Assembly (NCBI GenBank): GCA_918797485.1
Contig: CAKKNE010000003.1
Coordinates: forward strand, 5,146,001 to 5,210,000
Length of the DNA stretch: 64,000 nt
DNA from: Pelagomonas calceolata
Lineage: Eukaryota
Reading direction: 5' to 3'
The notes under the pieces are model-generated. The model ran no database searches, was not told the origin of the DNA, and saw only the letters and a list, made by a program, of their open reading frames with translations. Below are positions 12,101 through 21,352 of the stretch, piece by piece. The translations under genes and the position numbers were made by a program. How positions within the stretch are numbered: position 1 is the stretch's first letter; every line of letters starts with the position of its first letter.

Positions 12101-12765
12101 TCGACGGCGAGCGCGACACCGAGCACCGGCCCGGCGGCGGCGTCGGCATCGCCCCCGCCGGCGGCGCTTGGGTCGGCGACGAGCGGCTTCTCGTACTCGA
12201 CGCGCGGCCTGCCGAGCGTGGCGGCGTCGACGACGTCGCGAACGCGCAACCGGCACGCGCCGAGGTCGACGACGGCGGCGCCCTCGCCCTCGCGCGTCTC
12301 CACGCGCACGTCGACGGTCGCTTCAAAGAGGGCGGTCGCCGTCGCCGCGTCCTGCGCCAACGGCGCGCTCGGCACGGCGAGGCCGGCGAAGTCCACCTCG
12401 TGCCGCCCGGGTGCCCAGGCCGCGGGGACCCAACGCGACGTCGCCGGGCCCAGGAACGGCGCGCCGTCGCCCTTTGCGCCGGAGACGCGCACGCGCGCCT
12501 CGAGCGGCGGCGGCGGCGGCGGCTCGGCGGCCTGCTCCGGCGCACCGCCGTCCTCGGGTTCCGGCGTCGGCTCCGGCTCGGGCGGCGCCCACCCGCACGG
12601 GACGACGACGCGGACCGGCACGACGCGGACCTCGCCGGGCGGCGGCGGCGCGGGCGGAGAGTCGGCCGGCGCCTCCCGCGGAACGGGCGCCGCCACCCCG
12701 CCGAAGCAGCGCCGGGCCGCGGCCGCCGTCGCCTCTTCGGACGCTTGGGGCTGCTCGTCGTCCAT
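9172..12765 (-). CDS. CFAP70: CFAP70/TTC18-like TPR cilia-associated protein
   Basis: ~1200-aa ORF with YHAFKERLKPCVQRVVR and a C-terminal TPR array (AETALEEANVLDPASAACWGYLALANL) recalled as CFAP70 features. First good ATG at 12765. Confidence 0.72.
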   Translation of the reverse strand: MDDEQPQASEEATAAAARRCFGGVAAPVPREAPADSPPAPPPPGEVRVVPVRVVVPCGWAPPEPEPTPEPEDGGAPEQAAEPPPPPPLEARVRVSGAKGDGAPFLGPATSRWVPAAWAPGRHEVDFAGLAVPSAPLAQDAATATALFEATVDVRVETREGEGAAVVDLGACRLRVRDVVDAATLGRPRVEYEKPLVADPSAAGGGDADAAAGPVLGVALAVDDELADYLDGSRVLTLRASLSNPPAGWAPAGELDAASEAALAACRFALRLAGGAPAPPAVDLGTAALARDAAPAAPADDPAVAGEPEDAGGEPPDVAPVGVRAAWAEATAFLPRDACEAFAAAAGDAPTLDFAVSLAGADGGAGAGPADDGPAADDAAPEAAEPAVDATATLDVAGFYGGAEGVTAVVEARVVAPAPEPVLAPATAPAEAELASAADDDDDDDAAFLGDAAAADEEADADAAPEAPPLASRLDAAGTRLAVALTLSAPLRGGITAPPPETPYGDVVAQLEPHAVAGAPKTRDVRNEFRDAVGDVVAELAEEMARIVVARDPTGGASVDGADERTWLYALNTGRVDPDAPRAPGPEAGPYHAFKERLKPCVQRVVRARAARPPPAPGQNADWREVGAYDRFVAAAYEDLLGLATTVLNRRFRDAESAQEPPATPSPFAPDGDGADAPSTDLAETMARDADRTLRTFAARAADAEAEGDAAACARLLDEAFAAVKAKVLSAWDAKVLTPVLHAAARAKAFALARCAGRRLAGATASDAAAACRAALELESGDAETQVLYAAALLERGDAAASAGVLASATATARGAVGLRARLLRALVLAEAGPRFEPAARRAVDAAPATAGWAPPPGYAEGPRRRSALLLDLAEWLDAHGLPGCVGKALGAHAAADARAAACATRAGDLFAARTPADECARRWALDARAATDAGDAPGATAAAMRACAAGADAAAPWLALGAAAAARGDGEREGAALASALAILQHPAHPDPPPLWLFLRVADLCAATGKTDYARDVALAACDRHATRAAAWRGAARALLADGNPKDAETALEEANVLDPASAACWGYLALANLQQYDLGDDARVDRAAACVEHATQLGLADGNLLTDVGVAFAAVDRLTVAVDVLRRAVALPFGGFTKHARLALARAYAKGRRHVEATDEYATLLAVAGDAEAGVLRAEMEPILKVLGKLDDDEAP

Positions 12766-13033
12766 GGTGGTCTGGCCGCTTTTTGTGTATGTATCATGTA
12801 TCCACGAGAGGAGCTTGTACCCCCTACACGATTGAGGACTGCCACCCTCTATCGAGCACATCCTCTCAGTTTGACCTTAGGCCTGCGCCCCAAACATTTT
12901 ACGAGCTGATTGACCACGTGCTGTGACGCGCAATTCTAGCGTCATCTAGCCCTTAGTCTCTAGCGTCGCGCTGGACCTCGGCTTAGCTCCAGCCTATACC
13001 AACTGGTGGGGAACGTTGCGAACGAGGTTCGGC

Positions 13034-14215
13034 ATGGCCCGCCCGCCGCCGCCGAACCCCAAGGCCGCCCAGCGCGCGCTGCTCGACGAGCTCATGGGCG
13101 CCGAGCGCGACGTGGATCTGTCTGTGCGCGGACGCAAGAAGTTCTGGGAAGCGGACGTGTGCAAGTTTTACCTCGCGGGCCTGAGCCCGTACAAGGTGCT
13201 GCGCGGCGCGCGCGGCTACGCGGCGCAGGGCTACGACGTCTGGCTCCGCCACGCGTACGCGCACGGCCTCGGCGAGCGACCCGAACACATCGACCTGGAC
13301 GCGTACAAGCTCGACGGAGCGCTCAAGGCGCAGTACGACGCCCTGCCGGCCGCGGAGAAGGCCAAGTACGGCTACGACCGCATGCTGCGCGACTGCCTCG
13401 CGTCGCTCGTCAAGCAGTGCGACCGCCGCGCGGCGCAGACGGCGACGCGGCTCCGCGGCGACGGCGCCGCCGGCGCCGACGCGACCGCGTGCGCGGCCGC
13501 CCTCGCCAAGCTCGAGGACCTCGACGCCAAGATAAAAAATAAATCTGACGAGGCCGAACGGCTCGGCGAGGGCGGCGACGTCGAAGAGTCGATGCGCGCG
13601 CTCGGCGAGGCCGACGCGCTGCGAGCGCGAAGGGCCGAAGTGGAGAAGTCCGTCGCGACGCCGCCCTCGGGCCGCGACGTCGTCGTCTGCGCCGCGACGG
13701 GCGCCGTCATCGAGGCGGCCGCAGCGAACGACGCCGCGTGGATGGCGTCGCACTTCGAGAGCGCCGACTACCAGGGCTGGAAGCAGCTTCGGGAGAAACT
13801 CCGCGCGCTCGACGCGCAGCGCGACGGCGCCGGCCCGCCGCGCCACGCGCCCGGCTACGCGCCGGGCCGCGGCGGCGCCTCGGCCGAGCGCGACCGCCTC
13901 CGATTTGCGGCGCGCGCGGTCCAGCCGCCGCCGCGCCGGCGGCGGTCGCGGTCGCGGTCGCCCGCGCGGCGGCGGCCGCCGCCGCGCCGCGCGTCCGGCT
14001 ACGACCGCTGCCGCTCGCGCGATCGCCGCGGCGCGTACCGCCCGTCGCGGTCGCGGTCGCGCGAGCGTGATCGCCTCCGCGGCCGTGGTTACGACCGGCC
14101 GGCGCGCGACCGAGACCGCGATCGCGCCGCGCGACCGGCCTACCGGTACGCGGCGCCGCGCGAGCTCGAACCCGGCGAAGAGCCGTGCAACGAGTATACT
14201 AGACCCGTAGCCTAG
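13034..14215 (+). CDS. LUC7: LUC7-family U1 snRNP-associated protein with RS-rich tail
   Basis: AQRALLDELMGAERD...DVCKFYLAG, AERLGEGGDVEES, and a C-terminal RSRSRS/RDRDR region. Divergently transcribed from the CFAP70-like gene. Confidence 0.85.
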   Translation: MARPPPPNPKAAQRALLDELMGAERDVDLSVRGRKKFWEADVCKFYLAGLSPYKVLRGARGYAAQGYDVWLRHAYAHGLGERPEHIDLDAYKLDGALKAQYDALPAAEKAKYGYDRMLRDCLASLVKQCDRRAAQTATRLRGDGAAGADATACAAALAKLEDLDAKIKNKSDEAERLGEGGDVEESMRALGEADALRARRAEVEKSVATPPSGRDVVVCAATGAVIEAAAANDAAWMASHFESADYQGWKQLREKLRALDAQRDGAGPPRHAPGYAPGRGGASAERDRLRFAARAVQPPPRRRRSRSRSPARRRPPPRRASGYDRCRSRDRRGAYRPSRSRSRERDRLRGRGYDRPARDRDRDRAARPAYRYAAPRELEPGEEPCNEYTRPVA

Positions 14216-14626
14216 TGCTATCCTCCCGTTGTTCTCGGAGCCCTCCAGGACTTCCTCCACGTCCGAGTCCGAGACTCCGAGTCCAAGTCGCGGTCACGGT
14301 CGGCTCCCGGACACCTGAAATTCGCCCTGCTTCCTCCTTAGGGGCGAAGAGTCTCAATTTTGATTCAGCCAGCTATTCAGCCAGGAAGGTGCCCGCCTGG
14401 CAGGGTCGAAAGCCTGAGTCTGACTTCCGACTCGGAGTCACAACGACCCCCCTCTTACTATCTTGGCCTAATTAACGCTAAACAGTATAGATAGAGACCG
14501 GGGCCGCGACGATTGTCTTTTGCCCTTTTTTAGGCAACGTCACGCGGCCCAGGTGCGCCTATTTAATTATATTATTATTGGGCAGCCCGCACGCTCCATA
14601 ATGTATTATAGTTACTCGAAATTTGA

Positions 14627-15067
14627 ATGCGCACAGCCGTTCTCACGCTGTGCGCGCTCATGCCTGCCGGCGGCCAGGAGATATTCGTCAGGCGATGGGA
14701 CAAGCCTGCGGCCCCACGCACTGACCGCCGGAAGGCACTTTGGAACGAGTTGGGTGATTTGAATTCGTCGCAGTTGCGTCGGCAGGCATATTTCGCGGAG
14801 GTCGCGCTTAACAAGTGCAAACAAGATCGTAAAAAAGCAAAGAACAACCTCGACAAGTGGGGCGAATTGGCCCTTGGATCTAACAGACGATCAGATTGCA
14901 AGAATGAAACCCAAAGACGTAGTATTCGTGCTCATCATTTGAAGGAGTTTACGGACTTTCCGAAAAAGGACGAGAAGGATCCAACGAAGGTATTTACGGA
15001 TATTCATTTCAAGAAGAAATCTGTTGCACATGAAGCCTATCACTTGTCACATGAATTTTGCCAGTGA
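14627..15067 (+). CDS. Hypothetical small protein with signal-like N-terminus (possibly a fragment)
   Basis: 146-aa ORF starting MRTAVLTLCALMPAGG in a lower-GC spacer; no recognised motif. Confidence 0.3.
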   Translation: MRTAVLTLCALMPAGGQEIFVRRWDKPAAPRTDRRKALWNELGDLNSSQLRRQAYFAEVALNKCKQDRKKAKNNLDKWGELALGSNRRSDCKNETQRRSIRAHHLKEFTDFPKKDEKDPTKVFTDIHFKKKSVAHEAYHLSHEFCQ

Positions 15068-15131
15068 ATAGACTGAGTTGATACATTCTCCAGTAGAAAG
15101 GCATCTAATGGACGCTCGCGCCCAGGGGGAG

Positions 15132-15334
15132 TAGAGAGAGAAACCTACTAGCCCTTCCTACCTTAGATATGTATCTCCCACTCTCTAATATTTGAGTCTA
15201 TACAGCGAGTGTCTTTGACGCTACGGTGTAACAACAGTTCACTATAAAACACTCTCGTAGTCAGGTTGGCCCAGCCCTCGGCTGGTGAGCTAGGACCCTG
15301 CTACTTTACATAACGCTGCGACATACTCTTGCTA
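15132..15334 (+). mobile_element. LTR-like repeat family A copy preceded by a PPT (ccagggggag)
   Basis: Near-identical to the reverse complement of 56616-56818. Confidence 0.75.
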
Positions 15335-15422
15335 GGACGCTGGTAGGATTCAAGGTGGACGTCAAGCTGGCTAAAAGTTTTTGCCTCGCATCCTCGAGGC
15401 GGCAGCTGGCGAGATATCTCTG

Positions 15423-16331
15423 ATGCAGCAGCTGGTACGTGCATCATTCGTCCTGAATGTGATCCTGGGGCTAGATCCGCCACAAAGTAACGGTACCGGT
15501 TGCCAACGATTATGGAGCTGTGATCATGGTCCCATGAAGTCTTTGAAGTCTTATCCCGGACATTGTGGGTCGCGCGCGCCGGGGTTTCAATTGGGACGAA
15601 AAAATAGATGGCCCCGGCGTTGCATGATTGAATTTGTTGGGATGGTCGTCAATTGTGTTGACGGCATCGTTCCACCTGTTTCAGCTAATTGCACCAACCT
15701 CGCAGTTGCGGGTTCAGGTTCAGCTTCACTCTCAAAGTATCTGACCGCGGCCCACGCACCCAAATGCAGCAAAGACACAGGTAATTCTAGCTGTGTCCAT
15801 CACCATCACTCGGCGTTTGGAGCAACGGAAGCATTGACACATGGACCTTGCGTTCTCACTACACTGCGTGAGCCAGCAGGGCGGCTTGAATCCGGGTACC
15901 GATATATAGATATGAGGAAGTGGAAGAGAACACATAAACATACGAATAGCACAGTTTCTCGCGATGTGACCTATCTCAAATCCACCTACGACGCAAAACC
16001 CTTTGTAAACCCGTTGTATGGCTTTTTCGGTATACCCCAAACAGCATATTTGGCAGGCCTTACCAAGGGCCTTTGCCACAAGGGTCTGGTGCAACTTCAT
16101 ATTATTTGTACCGAATCTTTGACCAATGAGCTTTCGGATCTCAGCAAAGACCTAGATATTTCTCCAGATGTCCACTTTCCAGCGAACGGACGTTCTGAGG
16201 CTCAAAGTGAAGAATTGGCTAAGCGGTCCAGACTCGAGCCCAAATTGAGGAGCTGGGTAAATAACGAGCTCTATCCCCTTGACAGTTTACTTCATGATAC
16301 TTTCTGCAATGGTCGCGGTATATATAAATAA
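15423..16331 (+). CDS. Sulfotransferase-like protein (Sulfotransfer_2-type), intronless and lower GC
   Basis: Degenerate 5'PSB (VAGSGSASLSKYL), 3'PB motif TTLREPAGRLESGYRY, IPQTAYL, YPLDSLL. Confidence 0.6.
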   Translation: MQQLVRASFVLNVILGLDPPQSNGTGCQRLWSCDHGPMKSLKSYPGHCGSRAPGFQLGRKNRWPRRCMIEFVGMVVNCVDGIVPPVSANCTNLAVAGSGSASLSKYLTAAHAPKCSKDTGNSSCVHHHHSAFGATEALTHGPCVLTTLREPAGRLESGYRYIDMRKWKRTHKHTNSTVSRDVTYLKSTYDAKPFVNPLYGFFGIPQTAYLAGLTKGLCHKGLVQLHIICTESLTNELSDLSKDLDISPDVHFPANGRSEAQSEELAKRSRLEPKLRSWVNNELYPLDSLLHDTFCNGRGIYK

Positions 16332-17030
16332 AAAATAAATAAATAAATAAATTAAGGAAGACCTAAGAAAGGAACAAGCTCCTAGGAGCCTTCTCCCTGC
16401 TCGGTCAGGATGCCCAACCGGGGCCGCGAAATAGCAGTAAGGTATCTATACAACGGATTTTCGATCTCCCGGGGTAACTCGTCCCCCATGGCCAAGCGAC
16501 ATCGGCCCTCATCGGTCAATTGCCGTGCCGGGGGGCAAACCGAGTATAATCTCGCAAGAAATGCCTCCCGTTCTTCCTCAAAGGCCTCGCATTCAAACAA
16601 CGTGTGTTGGATCGTTTCCGATTCACGAGATTCGCAACAAGGGCATTGCGCGTTACGAACAAGCTGCGTTCGGCTGCTCGAACTCCGGAGGTCGTGGCAA
16701 CCCAATCGGAACTTCGTCTTCAATCTCCGCCCTTCCCGAAGAGACCCGGGGCACGTTCTGAGTAAATATTCCGGCAAGCCGAAACGTTCCTTCTCGACCC
16801 AATTGCTCATGTTGCGGAGAGTCGACATTTCCTTGAAGCCATCGGCGAGCTCGGAAACTCGGCGCGATGCGACGAATTCATTGACGAACTTTTTCGCGGC
16901 CGGTTTTTTCAGAGGCCCGGGCCAATTCGCTTCTAACGCCAGATTTTCAAGGAACAAAGCTCCGTTCTTCGACGATCCGCGACCTTTAGAATCATTCATC
17001 AGGCCGTCGTATACGCAGCGAACGAGGAAA
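16325..17030 (-). mobile_element. 5'-truncated non-LTR retrotransposon (LINE) 3' end with (TTTA)n tail
   Basis: ORF 16382-16999 has KFRLGCHDL...CPCCESRESETIQHTLFEC (C-terminal CCHC finger of LINE ORF2); the tail reads aaataaataaataa at 16325-16352. Confidence 0.85.
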
Positions 17031-17159
17031 TATATGATAGAACCACAAATATATCATGAGTAACAAGCCACAGCTGCTACCATCTGCCCAGGTCCTAGGC
17101 ATCCGGCTGGGCCCCCCGGCCCGGCCGGGCGGGCCGAGACTCGACGAGGCCCTCTTAGC

Positions 17160-18150
17160 CGCCCGTCCACGGACGCGTCGCCGCCGCTGTCGAGCGCGCT
17201 CGAACCGTCGTGCGAGGACAAAGAGGAGAAGCGGACCAAGGGGCCGTGGACGCCAGAGGAAGACGTCACGTGCGGTGTCGGTCTCCTTCTCCCTTTGTTT
17301 GTCGGGGCGGGGAGCGCACCTTGCGATGCCCGTAGCAGCTTACGCATGCCCGTCGCGCGCGCGGGCTCTAGGGGGTTTCACGGCGCTCGTGAAGACTTGT
17401 TCCGAACTTCCCACGCCCAGGCCAAGGTCGTGGAACTGGTGCGTGCTCACGGTGCCCGCAAGTGGTCCACCATCGCCTCGCAACTGCCCGGGCGCATCTC
17501 AAAGCAGTGCCGAGAGCGGTGGCACAACCACCATCTCCAAGGAGCCGTGGACGCTGGATGAGGACAAGATCATCCTATCGTCGCACGCCAAGCTCGGGAA
17601 CCGGTGGGCGGAGATCGCGAAGCTATTGCCTGGACGCACGGACAATGCGATAAAGAACCACTGGAACTCCTCAATCAAGCGCAAGTACGAGCGCTTCCTC
17701 GAGGAGGCGATGCAGGAACTCGTCGCGCCACACAACGCGGCCCGAGACGCGGCCCTGGCGGCCAAGCAGGGTCTCGAGGCGGCAGGCGTGCCGATCGGTG
17801 AGCCTCACATGGAGATGCCACTGCCAGACGACGCATACCTTGTCATCTGCCAGTCGATGCGGGCGGCGGCGCACGAGGCACGCAAGGGCGACCCACTCAA
17901 GCCGCCGCAGCCCAAAATCGTGCGCCCCTTCGCGGCCGACCTCGACGACACGCCTCGGTTCCGCCTTGTTGGCGAAAATTTGGAGAAGGCGATCTACGCC
18001 GTCTGCCAGGCACCGAAGAAGAGGAGCTACACCAAGCGGGCCGCAGGTGGCGCGCCCGCCAAGCGTAGGCCGGTGCCTCCCAAGGCAGACCCCGCCGCGC
18101 GGCCGATGCGCGTGTCGATCGTCGGGGCGTCGACGCTGACTGCGGCCGAT
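17160..18150 (+). pseudogene. Decayed inverted paralog of the adjacent MYB gene
   Basis: [12 protein letters not shown]|intron 17265-17420|[11 protein letters not shown]. An 11-nt deletion at ~17532 ([10 protein letters not shown]) shifts the frame; there is no clear start and the C-terminal region is truncated. Confidence 0.75.
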
Positions 18151-18301
18151 CGCGCGCCTCAGGTAATGGCAACCTAGGTCCTAGCCCGGGGCCCGCTCCG
18201 GAGCGACTCAGCCACCAGAGGTCGGTCCCCATCGCGGCGATTCTGCTCGCTGTGTAGCCGTGCGCACTCACTAAAAAGTCCAAGCAAAAAGGGAGGAGGC
18301 C

Positions 18302-20589
18302 CTAGGCGTCGGCGGCGGGGCGCGCGTTCACGGGACGCTCCGCGAGGCGCGTGCGGGTCTTCTTGAACGACGGTTCCGTCGGCGCGGGCGGGCACTTCCC
18401 CTGCGGCGAGCGCGCGGCCTTGAGGACGTCGAGCGAGGCGACGGAGGAGCCGGAGGGCGGCGGCGCCGCGAAGACGTCGTCGGCGCGGACGGCGCCGTCG
18501 AAAGCGGCGTCCGGGAGCGGCTTGGTGTCCGCCGCCGTCGGGGCGCCGCGCCGCTTGAGCGCCGACGGCGTGGCGAAGGCCTCAGGCGGCAGCGCGCGCG
18601 TCGGCGTCGCGCGCCGAAGCGCGGCCGAGGACTGCGGCGGGGCGTCGGAGAGCGCGCTCTGCAACGCCGCGAGCGCGTCGTCGCCGAGGAGCGGCGACAG
18701 GCCCGGCGTCGCCACGTCGGGGCCGCCGGCGGGCGCGCGGCCGGCGACGGGCGTGTCGATGCCCGAGAGCCGCGCCGCGCGCCGCGAGGAGGCGGCGCCG
18801 CGGTCGGCAGTCGCCGCTGGGTGACCGGCGGCGTCGAAGAAGTTCCCGGGGGGCGGCGGCGGCGACCACGCGAGCCCGTCGCCGAGGTCCTCTAGGACGC
18901 CGGGGAAAGGCGGCGAGTGGACGCGGGACGCGCCGCCGCCGTGCGGGAACGGCGACGACATGGAGACGAGCGACCGCGCCGCTTCGGAACCGGTCGGCGA
19001 GACGTCGTCGCGGGCGCCGCTCGGGTCCAGGCGGACGTCGGCCAGGCCCAGGCTGAGGCCCGTGGCCTGCCGCGGCAACCGTCGCCGCGCGCGCCGACCG
19101 CGCCCCCCGGCGAGCGGGTCCGCGGCGCCCTCGTACGGGTCGACGAGCGCGTCGGCGTCGCCGAGCGACGACGCGGCGGAGCCGTAGCTCGTCCGGGGTT
19201 CCGGGCCCTCGGGCTCTAGCATCGACGCGGCAAAGATGCCGGCCGCCGCGTCCAGCTGCGTCGGCGACATCATCGACGGGTCGTCCAGGGCGTACGGCGG
19301 CGGCGAGAGCCGCGGCGACGGCGCGGCGCCACCGAGCGTCGTCGGCGCGCGGCCAGTCGCTTCGTCGCGGAACGGCGGGCCGTCGACCGTGCCCGTCGCG
19401 GCGCCGACGACGGACACGCGCGTCGGCGCGCCGACGACGGACACGCGCGTCGGCCGCGCCTGCGAGGGACGACCCTCATCCCTCACCCTAAGCCCCCGCG
19501 AACCTCGGAGCACCCCGGACGCTTCCCGCGCGGCGCGCGCGCCAGAGCTGCCTTCTGGCCCGTCGTTCGTCGCTTGGAGGACGCCCCGCCCGCGGCCCGC
19601 TTCGTGTAGCTGCGCTTCTTGGGCGCCTGGCAGACGGCGTAGACCGCGGCGTCGAGGTTGTCGCCGACGAGGCGGAACCGCGGCGTGTCGTCGAGGTCGG
19701 TCGAGAACGGCCGCACGACCTTGGCCTGCGGCGGCTTGAGCGCGTCGCCCTTCCGCGCCTCGTGCGCCGACGTCTTTAGCGACGCGCAGACGACGAGGTA
19801 CTGGTCGCTCTCGAGCGGCACCTGCGGGGCGGCGATCGACGGCGCGCACCGGCCCGCGCTCCGGACGCCGGCGGTCGCTTCGACCTGCGGCTCGCCGATC
19901 GGCACGCCCGCCGCCTCGAGCCTGCGGCGAGGAGGGGACGGCGTCGACGCGCCGTCGACGCGCGCGCCGCGGACCGTCGTTTCGGGCGCCGCGTCGGACC
20001 CGCGCTTCGCCGCCAGCGCCGCGTCCCGGGCCGCGGCGTGAAGCACGGCCAGCTCCTCCATCGCCTCCTCGAGGAACCGCTCGTACTTGCGCTTGATCGA
20101 CGAGTTCCAGTGGTTCTTTATCGCGTTGTCGGTCCGCCCCTTCAGCGACTTGGCGATCTCCGCCCATCGATTCCCCAGCCTCGCGTGCGAATGCAGAATT
20201 TCCTTGTCCTCTTTCTCCGTCCACGGGTCCTTCGAGATCGCGGGGTTCAGGTGGTTGTGCCACCGCTCCCGGCACTGCTTGGAGATGCGCCCGGGCAGTT
20301 GCTGAGCTATCGTGGACCACTTTCGGGCGCCGTGCGCGCGCACCAGTTCGATGACTTTGGCCTGGGAGCGGCGCGCGAGGGGTCGGGCGCGCGCGAGCGA
20401 TCGACGGGGGGGCCAAAAATACCGACGCTGCGAGCGGACGTCCTCTTCGGGCGTCCACGGCCCTTTCGTTCTTTTCTCGTCTGCCTCGCGCGGCCTTGCC
20501 GCCGCAGCCGTCGACGACGGCGGCGAGCCGCCGAGCCGCGGCGACGCGCGCGTCGGCGCGCGCGGGGGCGCCGGCGTCGGAATCTCCAT
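18302..20589 (-). CDS. R2R3-type MYB transcription factor; introns 20362-20439, 19922-19999, 19822-19878 and one ending ~19460
   Basis: KGPWTPEED...[27 protein letters not shown]...[26 protein letters not shown]. Intron positions are supported by alignment to the paralog. Confidence 0.92.
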
Positions 20590-21199
20590 CAGCTGTCGCG
20601 TGTGTGTGTTGTCCACGCTGGTACGCGGCGTGAAAAACGCAAAAGTATTTGAGTAGTCGTTGGTCGATGTTTAAAAACAGGTACCGTAGGTACTGTATTA
20701 GAGTACCGTAGGTACCGTACCGTAGGTACCGTAGGTAGGTACCTACGGTACCTCACTCGTACTATAAGTACGAGCTGGCCCAGACCGTGGTCCTCGGGGC
20801 CGTGGACGACATCAAGGCCCAGTTCGCCTGGCAGGAAGCCGCGGAAGCTTCCAACTCCACCGCGTCCGGAGCTGGCAGTCCGCGGCCCCGCGGCCGGCGC
20901 GAATGCAGTGTGCCAGTGCACCTGGAGTGCGAAGAATATACCCTAGTACCCTAGATACGTACCGTTTCCCTAGTCGCTTTACACACGTCAACACAGTAAC
21001 AATGAGTGAACTTATTATTACATCTAGTGCTTATTATATTAACGGGGATTCACCTATGACCTCACTGGCAGTCCGAGTCGCCAATACAGTTGCCATGACC
21101 ACCTCAGGCTTGGCTGTACACACATTGCAGCCCCATATTTTCTTCAGGTTATGGGCCCACAGCCCACGTCGGGACTGGTCAGCAACCCCGTCATCGACA

Positions 21200-21288
21200 C
21201 CCAAGAGACCTAGCTACAGCAGCTGCATTGTGCACTTGCTGCACCCAGCTCATTAGATTCAAGCACATACCAAAGCTAATATCGCTGG
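21200..21288 (+). repeat. ~85-bp dispersed repeat B (also 48879-48975 minus and 51271-51360 plus)
   Basis: gacctagctac.....gctgcattgtgcacttgctgcacccagctcattaga...gcacatacc...taatatcgctg is shared by three loci. Confidence 0.85.
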
Positions 21289-21352
21289 ACCTACGGTACC
21301 GTACCTACCGTAGGTACCGTAGGTACGGTAGGTACGGTACCTACGGTACCTA

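Noticed and set aside
17160..18150. MYB paralog as a processed retrocopy
   Set aside because: It retains an intron at the first shared position (17265-17420).
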